Of a DNA stretch of 44,092 nucleotides, positions 1 to 10,636 are shown piece by piece. The notes beneath the pieces are model-generated. The model saw only the letters and a program-made list of their open reading frames with translations, made no database searches and was not told the origin of the DNA. The stretch comes from Pelomyxa schiedti (taxonomy: Eukaryota > Protista > Evosea): assembly GCA_020536535.1 (NCBI GenBank), contig JAHLWZ010000133.1:1-44092 (forward strand), read 5' to 3'. A program made the translations under genes and the position numbers. Within the stretch, counting starts at the first letter, position 1; every line of letters starts with the position of its first letter.

Positions 1-66
1 CCTGGAGCATTTTAGCCACGGAACCATGTACAACTCAGCAATATACTCCAATAGAAGAAGCCCCAC
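1..66 (-). repeat. Exact 66-bp copy of part of an ICMT exon (34810-34875), joined to unrelated sequence
   Basis: cctggagcat...gaagaagccccac is identical at 1-66 and 34810-34875 and diverges at base 67. The copy may extend upstream of the window. Confidence 0.95.
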
Positions 67-664
67 CAGTTGTTGGAGGATCCCCAGGGCTGCGCTTCCC
101 TTCATCCCCATCATCGTCATCATCGTCGTCGTCATCGTCATTGTCGGAATCATCGAAGTCATGGATCAGCACACCGCCACTGGAATCATCACTCTTGGAC
201 GATGCATTTGACAGTGTCCTGTGGCGCACTCGTCCCACGGGTGTCCCAGGAAGCACAGGCGTCAGTGACGGCGTTCCGCTTGCGGAATTCGAACCTCCGG
301 GCGTTGGAGAATGCGACGGAGAGCGGGCGTTGATGGGCGGCGTGCCCAGCTCAGGCGCGGCGGCCACGCTGAGGGCCGAGAGCCGCGGCGTCGGGGACTC
401 GTCCCGGAGGTCCGGGGAGGTGGAGGACGGCTGGGCGTAGAGGGCGGAGGTGGAGCCGTGGTGTCGGTGGTGGTGGTGCTTGTGGTCGCGGGGGCTGCCG
501 GGCGTGCCTGTGGTGTCGGGGGGTGATGATGGAGACGGTGAGGGGGAGGCCGCTGCGGTATCCAGCGAGGAGGCCGAGGACCGACGTGCAACCGTGGGGG
601 TTGTGGCCGCAAGCAACGAGAGGGGCGACGACGGGGCCGTCGTCGAGGGGGGTGTGGTGCTCAT
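67..664 (-). CDS. 5' part of a Ser/Pro/His/Asp-rich hypothetical protein, cut off at the junction at 66/67
   Basis: ATG at 664 (MSTTPPSTT...), GC-rich open frame with poly-His and poly-Asp tracts. It runs out of frame into the ICMT copy and stops. Confidence 0.6.
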
Positions 665-900
665 TCGATGTGTTTCGTATGTCGCCAAGCACCCGATACA
701 AAACAAACAGGAAAAAAAATGGACAAAACTTCACAAGCGAACTGTTTAGTCCCAGTGTCATTGATGTTTATCTTCGTCGAAAAATCGTTTTTTTTTCCAG
801 ATTCAAGTCACTCAGATATCAGCACCAGCAATTTGGCGTTCTTCCTGCCGCGACCAAAGCGCACCGCAATAGATCAACAAACAGCACAGGCACACCCCGC

Positions 901-1352
901 ATGGGCAACCTGTTGTCCGCGTCCAAAGGGACACGAACAGCGACGCCGCGAGCGTCTCCCGCGGTGCCCGACTACGTTTTTGAGATGCCAGAGGACACCA
1001 GGGTGTGCGTCGTGGCCGAGCTACACGCGATTATACGCGCCATTAAGATGCGGCAGGCGTCACTCTCGCAGGAGGAAACACAGAACGAAGTGGCACCGGA
1101 GCCCATCGCCGAGTCGGTGCCTGGGGAGGAGCAAGGGGAGAAGGGGAAAGAACCGGACGCGTGTGGGGGCGCAAGTCCAGGGGCCGCGGTGGAAGCGGCG
1201 CCCGCGGCGGCGCCAATGACTGTGGACGACGTGTTGGGGAGGTTCACTATGAGAGAGCAGCAGGACATTTTCGAACAGTTGGGCGCCCGCTGTAGGATAG
1301 ATGTTTTTCGGCAGATGTCAAACCCTACTTCAGACCACTTTATGTTTCTGAG
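901..1352 (+). CDS. Exon 1 of a predicted N-myristoylated hypothetical protein; its 3' exons appear to lie at 26880-27158
   Basis: MGNLLSAS fits the MGxxxS myristoylation consensus. Open frame to ...FMFLR with a GT donor at 1353 (phase 2). Confidence 0.7.
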
Positions 1353-1458
1353 GTTTTTTTTTTTTTCCCCTGTTTTCCCCTCTTTGCCTATTCTCCCAGG
1401 ATGGCTTCATTTCTAACACTTTATTTCCTTTCTGTGTTTTTTTCTTTCACTTATCCAG

Positions 1459-4400
1459 AGGAGGAAGATGAAGGTAGAGGCCCCTCCATTCCACACGTTG
1501 TTGACTGTGCACAGATGAATCTGATGATGCAGATTTGACTGTGGAACAGAAATTGGAGAAAGAAAAAAGCCAAGTTGCTCATTGCAAAGTAACAATTGCA
1601 AGTTTGATTGAGCAGATCACAACATACCAGCAGTATGTGGCACTTTTCATTGTTAAGAGAAGTAAGTTGTGTTAGAGTGATGGAAGAAGTGCGAGAAAAT
1701 GAACGAAAAGCTCAACAAGAACTCGAACAGGTTACCCTGCCACATGAAATATATATCTCATATACTTGCAGCAATTGGAACAAGAAAAGCAAAAAAGTGA
1801 AAACCTACGACAACAAACTGTAACACAACTACAGTCTTTGTTGAGTGAATTATCCTCCATTGACCAGGCACCAACTATTTCTGCCATACCCTTGTTACTG
1901 ACTGTGATCAGGCAAATAAAATACTGAATTTTGAACTGGAAACAGAAAAGAAAGCACACTCCGCCACACTTCAACAACTGCAAGAACTAAAAGAAGATGT
2001 CCAAGATACTCCTAGCAGGGTATCCCCAAGCATTTTTTGAGCTTTTCCAATCCAATTTAATAGGGTGTACTTATGGATTCAGACCAACAAATTAAGTTAA
2101 ATATACAAATCAAAGGAGGTAAAATAAAAGTTGTTGAGTTAGTGGAAGATGCTCAGTCAGGTATCTCATTGCTCCCATTTAGACTCATTTAATGTCAGTC
2201 AGCTGAAAAAGACCTTGGAGAGGAAAACATGTTCTTAACACAGAAATGTTGTACTCTCATGCAAGAAAAACAGCAATTAGAAAATGAATTGACACAGTGC
2301 AAAGATCAATGTAAGAGCTCTTAAGTAGGAGTGACATATGCCGCTTTAGATGCTAACTTGCCTCTACAGGTGATGCAATGCAACAGAAATTCAAGTTTCT
2401 TGGTGATAAAGTTCGTGATGCCCAAACTGCTATGAACGAACAACTAGAAGAAGAAAGGAGGCAAAATGACCTCATGGATGAAGCTGTAACCGTGTTACGC
2501 CAAATGCTTGGAGGAAAGGCAGAGGTTTAGTACAAAATAGTGAGGAGCAACAAGCTTACATATTTTAAGTATGCTATTTCTACCCTTCCAGAGGCCTACA
2601 GAAAAAGGCTACTAAAACCTCTGAAAAATTCTCCTGTTAAGCCACTGACACCTTCCTTCCTTGCAGAAGAGGTAACACCACCTCCTCTCCAAATTTAGGG
2701 TGATAACTCTTTTTTTTCCCCATTTTTTTTTCTAGTTCATTCCTCCACCTGCTGCCCCACCTCCCATGAGCAACACTGTTAGAATTACGTCACACAGTCG
2801 ACCAACGATTCCAAATTTCCAACACCTCCCTCCTCCGCAACCAGCTCCTCCTCCCACCATTTCTACATCTACCCCTTCTGGAGTTATTGATGAGAAACAA
2901 TGGATTGAAATGGCAAAAAAGATAGGGCCTCCTGAACCCCACAAACCGACTTTCGATCCAACCTTTTCCCATGAAGAGTATAAGAGGTACATGCAAGAAA
3001 GGAAAGTATATGATGAATGGGAAGAAGCCATTGCTGAAATGAGTAAGAATTTGGCTAAAAATGCCTCCATAATTGGCCTGCCACAGCATCCAGGTGCAAG
3101 GCCAATACAGACACCACGTGGTCAGACAACCAACATCCCTCCCCCGTTAGTCCCCACCTCCGCTGCTGCTTTAACCAAAGTAAAAATACCCCCTCCAGCA
3201 AATACTGTGCTGCAGCCTCCCCCAGGGCCCACACCACCTCCATTGCCCACACCCACGCCAGGACCAACACCCACACTACCGCCACCAGCAGTAACACCCA
3301 CACTGCCACCATTATCCACCCCCGCACTGCCTCCAGTACCAACCCCCGCGCTGCCCCCACCAGTACCAACCCCCGCACTGCCTCCAGTACCAACCCCCGC
3401 ACTGCCGCCACCAGTACTCACCCCCACACTGCCTCCACCAGTACCAACACCACCCCCACTCTCTTCATCACCGCCACCACCATCGGTAACACCACTTCCA
3501 ATATTGCCTCTACAGACTCTGCAAGAGATAGCACCGCCACCATTAAGTACAGCACCCCCTGAAACTTCCACCCCTTTCACTGGTTCAGCTTCAGCCTCAT
3601 CTTCTGCCATAGCCGTTCCTGCGTTTTCCCCTCCTCCCTCTCCCCCGTTACAAACATGTAACACAGCTCTTGAAGCCCCAATTGAGGCGCCCCCAATTTT
3701 GCCACCTGCATTCATGTTGAGAAGCTCGACACAAGAAGAGAAGTCCCGAGCTGCTCAGGTTGTGGAAGGACTGCTTGAAACTGTCTGCGCTCCAAAAGAG
3801 GAAAAGGTTAGAAGCACAGGAACTTAGCAGACGTAACTAAAACAACAAAGATCGAAGAAGCCTTTTCCGATGAGAAGCCTGCAAAGCAAGCTGTAACTGC
3901 AGGCCCTGTTACCTGCATGATTTTGTGCCCCAAACATGTATGGGTTGGTTCTGGAGGGAAACCAGGCTTCATACAGCTTTTCGACAAAGAGGTCTTTGCC
4001 ACTTTTGAGGCTTTTTATGGTTAACTTATTTTTTCCCTCTTGAACTGTGTAGACAGCAGTACTTTCTAAGGAGTTGAAAATTCCAGCTGGAGTACACAAG
4101 TTACTTGCTGTTGCAGCATCAGCAGTGTGGGTAACCAGTGACGATAACATGATAAGGGTCTTCAACATGCTGGTATCTCTGTTACAGTCACATACATTCT
4201 TATTGTTACTATAGTCACCTTCATTTGGCCGCGAACTTTCAGGGCATTCACGTCCAATTGTAGATTTAACGAATGTTAATGACAAGCAAGTTTGGTCAAG
4301 CAGCTCTGATATGACCCTGAAAATCTGGGCTGTTGATGTAATCATACTTGCTCTTTTTAACAATTGTCTAACAATTACGTAGACATTAGCTTGTTTAAAG

Positions 4401-6873
4401 ACAATAGAGTTCCACACATTAATACAAAGAACCCTTTTCCACAACCCAAATTTGTGGATTGGCACACCACAAGGGATATATACCTGTGATATAAATGTAA
4501 GCTTAGTCTTTTTATCGTGAGTATTTAACGTTTCCAATAGTCCCGAAAAATTACGGAACAACCTCGAGAAAAGAACTCTGTGACAGCAATGGTCTATGTG
4601 AGAGGGAGAAATGTGGCTTCAGATGAAATTTGGACAGCACACGCAAATAATTCAATTGTTGTATGGGATGCAGTGGTGTGTATCTCCTTCCCTCCCTCTT
4701 CTGTATTCCCACTGTCAACAGCAAAAAACACTTGCAACCAAATTTTCTGCAGTTCGAGTTCAGGATTTACTATGCATTGGGCAACGAGTTTGGAGTTGCT
4801 CTTTAGATAAGGTAACTTAACTGTAAATGCAAATGATGTAACCAGTTTTAATTATTTTTTTAAAAAGGCCATCAGAGTGTGGGATGTGAGGGTATGCACC
4901 CCTTAAAAGATTTGTTTACTTTATCTGAGCTTATCAGACCAGAGATTGCTTATCTACAATCTTCAATGGGCACTCAGGGTTCATGACCTGCCTATTACTA
5001 GTGCCTGCTCGTCTCAACTCTTCCATATGGAGCGGTATTTTTTATTTGGTCAAATATGATTTCACCTCATTTTTTTTAAAAAGCATCTGACGATCGAAAG
5101 ATCTGCGTTTGGGAAACTCATTTCGGAAGTCATGACTTCCAACATCATACGTTGAAAGTGAACTCACATTGTACTGTTTGCTACAAGTCTATTGGACAAG
5201 GAAAAACTGCTTACCAATGCAGAGGTTGGTTTCACACTCAGAATTATATCAGGCATCTAACAAAATATCTATACAGTGTGCACTGAAGTTTATGTACATC
5301 CTAAATGTGTACCACTGGTTCCTCCCAATGACTTGTGCATACCAGTACTGCATGCCATAAAAATACCCTCCGAGGCGTTGAGACTCAAAGCAACACCTCC
5401 GCTCTCTCCGGCTCCTACACGAGCAACGTCTAATGGCGATTTACACACTTTCCTACGATTAAGTTCAGAGGGCAAACGCCCACCCCTATCAACAATACAA
5501 TCAATCCCATCCCCTTCTAGTGTTCCCACCAGCACCCTCGTTAACATACCACCTCCCACCACACCTCCACCCAATACCACTAATGGCAGTAGTAGTGGAA
5601 CTACATCAGGAAGCAACTGGGAAGGAAGTACCAGTAGTAGCAACTGTAGCACTTACGGCGGCAGTACTGGTGCTAATGTTGTCACCGATTCCTTTTTGCG
5701 TGAGTTCAAAGAAAATCCAGAGAGTGCTGTACAAAAACTTGTAGTAGACAACAATGCCAAATCTGTGAGTTCCAGCTAGAACTTTACACCAACTTAAGCA
5801 AACCTGTAGATTGCACAACTTCTTGTGGATAATTCTTCAACACTAGACAGAGTGGCATTAAGTGATTACCTCTCCGATAGAACTGATGTGTTACATGAAT
5901 TTGCACAGCTCCAAGACTTTTCCATCTTAGATTTTGAGATGGCCCTGAGGCGTTGGGTTGGCCTCTTTATTCCCCCTAGATCTTCCCAGAAGATGGAAGC
6001 TGTATTACATGAGTTCGCGCAACATGCCTATGCTACACTTCCAGAGCGCGACATGTTTTCCGAACCTGAAGTCATCCGAGTTTTGGCCACTGATTACTTG
6101 GCGCTGAATTCCTCTCTTCACGCACCACAAACTGTATTTAGAACTTCAATGCAAAAATGGGTAGAAACGCACACTACCGTCAACAATACAGAATTGCCCA
6201 GGTTTCATCGATCACTTGAATTTGAAAAACCTTAGCGATAACAGAGACTTCCTGGAGCATCTTTACAATCAACTTTTGGACTGCCAACTTGATCCTATGA
6301 ATCTGGCTCAGTCACCCATTATGCAAGGCATGCTCACAAAGAAAGGCAATGTTACAAATAGCCCTAAGTGGTGTGTGCTCACACGCACACAACTGAACAT
6401 TTTCAAAACAGCCAAGGCATGTGAAACCCCCAACTCTCAATCAATACAACTCCCCAGCTCTAACTAACACCGAACTCCCATTAACCCTCCAGGCACCCAT
6501 GGCTGACTACATGCTTCTTACACACACACTCGCAGCGAAACGAAACACACCCACCACCATAATCCTCCTCACGCCATCATCAACCACCGCGCTCTTCCTC
6601 CTTTGTAAATCAGTCTACACCGCCAATGCGTGGATGCGTGCACTGACTGCCGCATCAGCAGCCACATCACACATATTCACAGCACTCCCACCGCCTTCCC
6701 CCTCGACCTCTCCCTCACCTTCACCCTCGGCAGTACCTACTCCACCTTCAACACACACCCACACACTCCCTTTACCAACAAGTGCAACTCCACTGTCACC
6801 CTCACCTTCTTATAGGCATTCCTCCCACTCGCGGTCACATTCACGGGATGGAGGTAGAGACAACAAGGGGTGA
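1459..6873 (+). CDS. Multi-exon coiled-coil / proline-rich / WD40 / Sec7-like / PH protein (5' end probably missing)
   Basis: Coiled-coil exons 1.5-2.5 kb; Pro-rich ORF 2766-3789; WD-type repeats (SGHSRPI..LKIWAVD, GHSGFMTCL..ICVWE); Sec7 helices (LDRVALSDYL, LRRWVGLFIPPRSSQKMEAVLHEFA, LALNSSLHAP); PH-like QGMLTKKG..KWCVLTRTQLNIFK..NAWMRAL; stop at 6873. Confidence 0.8.
3290..3460 (+). repeat. Coding tandem repeat of 24/27-nt units encoding (P)PVPTPALP
   Basis: Recurring ccagtaccaacccccgcactgcc units in the Pro-rich exon; boundaries approximate. Confidence 0.85.
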
Positions 6874-7018
6874 GTCCTCTCAGCAATTCCAAAAAAAATG
6901 GTGCCAGCCAATTCTAGCACCAGTTGTACTCTCAGTGAGAAAAGAACAAATAAAAATGAAAACTACGGTAAAACTTTCTATTACAAAGAATCGTGTATTT
7001 CCCCAAGTGAACAGTCTA

Positions 7019-10000
7019 TCACAAACGCTTATTGGAGGTGGCATTGCTAATAGCAGCCGCAGCAGCATCAGAACGGGTTTGCTGCCGTATTCTCAGAGCG
7101 GGCTGGGATGCACTGGGGCTGGGAATAGGACTAGGTGTTGCAGTGGGATCAGAAAGTGGTGTGGTTGTGCTGGCAGAGGGCGTGCGGTATCTCTCCACGT
7201 TCACAACGGCGTCAAGTTGTGCGGCTTGTTCACTGAAGTTCCGGCCGATTGTGGGGCCGTGAACGCGATACATATAGCGTTGTGCGGCGCGGGTCTCGAG
7301 CTGAGCTTCTTCGTAATGACCTTGCTATAGGCGGGAATCAGTAAAACGAGTGAAGAGAAGTGGTAAGGGAGAACCTTAGCTAATTTGGCAGCGTGGTGCC
7401 TGAAGTGATCCCCGATTACAGTTGCATCAGCTTGATGTTCGGCTTCCTGTCGGCTCTCGGTAACTGCCACTTTTTCAGTTGTGACTCGGAGAAAGATTGC
7501 TCCATTGGGTTTTGTGTATAGGAGCTGCACTTGGAAAGGTACTTCAGCTGGAGCGTTGACTGCATCACCCGAGGTTACTGGAGGAGCTGCAGCTGTATCG
7601 GGTTTCTGAGTAGCCGAGGTGGTTGCTGTACTACTGACGCCCTGGGATCCTTCAGATGGGGTGGGTTCCGCATTTGTACTCGCTGGTTGTACTAAGGTTT
7701 CAGGGGTTGTTTGTGTGGATGTGGTGGCTGGGGGAATATCTGCAGGCGTTGTCGTTGAAGTAGTAACTGGGGGAGTATCTGCAGGCGTTGTAGTTGAAAT
7801 GGTGTCTGATGAAGATGTTGAGGTGGTCTCTGACTTGACAGCAGAGATGGGAGTGTCTTGCGTGGGCGGAGTGATCCCCGTGGCGGGCTGTGCTGATACA
7901 GCGGTTGCAACTTGGGTCTTGGGCCTGAAGGAATAAGAGAAAGTGCACTCACTGGCAGTGGTTACATTACCCTAAAACTTGTAAACATTGGAAAAGGGGG
8001 AAAAATGATACAAACCAGATCTCTCACGAGCCAGAAACGTTGCTCGTTTTCGTCATCCATTTCACCACGGAACCTGAGCGACCGATGAATGAGAACCATT
8101 GCCATCGCCCTAAGGAAAAAAGATGTTAGTGGCATTCCATTTTGAGTCTTTCTCACCCATAGGCAATACTTGAAGGAGCCCCAACGATTGCATTCAATTC
8201 CCCAGTAAGGGAACGGGGATCAACACGGTCAATGGTACCAGATGTCTTTTCTGTAACTGAAGATAAAGTCTCAAGCCTGCAACCATCACCAGTGAGTGAT
8301 AACACTGAAACAACAACTCCTTTCAGGGTGGCTTGTTCTCCTACTTCAGTATAAAACGCTACCATCTCTTGTTCGTTTCCTTCAAGTGTTCCCAGGCCCT
8401 GCTGGGAGTTAAAGGTTGGGATGGTAGGGAGGGGTGACCTGATTTGCAAGGCCATCTGTGCAAACTATTACCTACAGAAGTAAACAAACAAGCATTAAAA
8501 ACAGGGCGCACACTTGGGAACCTGGTGCAGTTCCTGCAATGTTAACACCTAAGATCAATGCAGGTCCCAGAGCAGTGGCACCACTTTCCTCCAGTTCCCA
8601 TAATTTCTTGAGTAAATCTGCTTCAGCCTCTTTGACACTCCTTCCCAAAGCAAATACACCTCCTCCACTTGAGACAGAATTTAGTTCTGCCCAGGAGCAT
8701 AATCTATCACCAGCAACTACCTGTTCAGAACTGCCACAGTCACCAAATACTCTCACCTCATTGCTGAAGGCAATTATTCCCACACGGGAATCTGGTCTCT
8801 CTTGTGCAAGACGTTTAATCTGTGCTTCTATGGCTGCTTGTAAACACTGCAACCTACTCACGTGTGTTACACCACGGCGTTCTCGTGGTAGATATTGACT
8901 CCCATATTCATGGAACCCAGTAGTAAAATCACGAGCTTTATTACGACGTGCTTCACTTCCTTTGATGTTATTCACGCCTTCAATCTTTTTACTTTGAGTA
9001 ACAAATCGATCCACAGGAAACTTACCTCAGAAGTGACACACATAGAGCCACTAACATCCACTACAAATACGATATTACTGCTTGCAGTTGACACTGGTCT
9101 AGGTGGTTCAATGAGATACTCCACACATGAATTTTGTGCAAGTTCATTGACAGCATCTGCGTCAACCATGTTTGGGGCTGCACAGAAGTCACAGCACCAG
9201 TAACTGGTTTTCACTGTGTCATCTACAGGTGGGGCTGCAGCTGAAGTTGACGTTGACGTTGTATTGGACTCTGGTGTGGTGAGGATGATATCATTGACCC
9301 ATGATTTCTTCTCCAGTCGAGGGTGAATTGGTGGTGCGGGAGTAAAATTGGGTCCTAGTGCTGTTGAAAGAGTTATAGCTTGAGCTTCAGAAGGACTGAG
9401 GCGACTAATTTTCGATATGGAGCTCATCATGGTACCACATCTCTTGCAGAGAACGGGATCACCTGTGATGACACTTGCTTCAGAAGCCAGGGTGGCCAGA
9501 TTGAGCTTAAACACATTGACATCTGGAAAAATTAGTGGAGAAAGACAAAAAGTTAGGGTGCCTGTTTTCATTGCTCTGTACGCTCCCGTGCGAGGGGGAG
9601 GAGCCGATTGTGTAGCTTGCAGTTGTCTGAGGGATGCATCCAAGTCTTCTGTTTGGAACATCTCAGTTTCGTCATCATGTAGTCTGACTTCCTTCCTGAC
9701 ATCGAGGACAACAGGTGAAGCTTTAGCATCACATAGTACTCTCACTAGGGAAACAACAGCATCCGTGACATTAGCACCAGTCTTGGCACTGCACTCTGCA
9801 AAAAGCATATTGTGAGCCTCAGCAAAGGCGCGTGCTTCTCTTTGAGGCACAGCACGATCCTCAGTTAAGTCCGATTTCAAGCCCAGTAACATAGCCCGGG
9901 ATTCAGAGCCAGATCTTGCTTGTACCTCATGTAAGAATTGGGTGCATGCATGATCAAAGGTTGCTCTATCGTCAATAGAATAGCACAAGAAGATGCCAGA

Positions 10001-10538
10001 GGCTCCTCTTTATTTGTGTGAGTAATTAATGATACGCCAAGTGCATACCTGTAGTAAGACGAAGTGATAGAACGGAACCTCTCTTGGCCAGCAGTATCCC
10101 TATAAATATGAATTCGAGACGAATAAGAAGAGAGAGTTACATACCATATTTGCAGTTTAACCACACGGTCCCCTACCTGCAAGGAGCGAGATTTCTGGGG
10201 GAAAAAAACTTAGAGGAAAAGCAGTGACTACATCTCAGCATACAAAGTCTATGCCGATAGTCGAGATAAAGGTCTCAGAGAAGAATGTGTCATCACTGCA
10301 AACAGTAAGGGAAAAAAGCAATTAAATCAAGAGTAGGCACCAAAATCGAACGAGGAAGCACGACTTGCCACACTTAGAGTCCCCTAATTGTGGTTTAGAA
10401 AGGTAGTAAACAATAAACAAAAAAAAAAAATTACGGACCCAGCAGAAGCAACTTAAACAACAGATCATAATCCAGACTGGGCGACGCTTGAGTAGCGGTC
10501 GCGGAACGATACGCCTTCTTGCTACCAAACGTAAACAT
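7019..10538 (-). CDS. Rab1-like GTPase fused to a Sec23/24-type Zn finger + VWA + C-terminal module resembling the C-terminal part of cpRAS proteins
   Basis: Spliced frame [75 protein letters not shown], then in the same ORF CKRC..CDFC and [40 protein letters not shown]; stop at 7019. Confidence 0.85.
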
Positions 10539-10636
10539 GTTGTCGTGTTATTTGTCTTTTTTATTTTGTCATTTTGTCGGTTGGGTTTTTAACGACCCCA
10601 AGTTGGGAGGTACGGGGGATTTGAGGAAAGTGGGGG

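Noticed and set aside
35-706. Chimeric gene fusing the 664-start exon to the ICMT C-terminal half
   Set aside because: The join is out of frame with ICMT and stops at 35, so there is no productive fusion.
1353-1458. Myristoylated exon spliced via the acceptor at 1399 into the Sec7 gene (in frame: R-MASFLTLYF..)
   Set aside because: The added peptide is a translated pyrimidine tract with a CTAAC branch site, typical of intron sequence. The copy at 26736 gives a cleaner gene. Not fully excluded.
3055-3715. Gly/Val-rich minus-strand ORFs
   Set aside because: Antisense shadows of the proline-rich exon.
6417-6459. GC donor in the PH-domain exon
   Set aside because: It gives an immediate stop; the GT donor at 6421 restores the frame.
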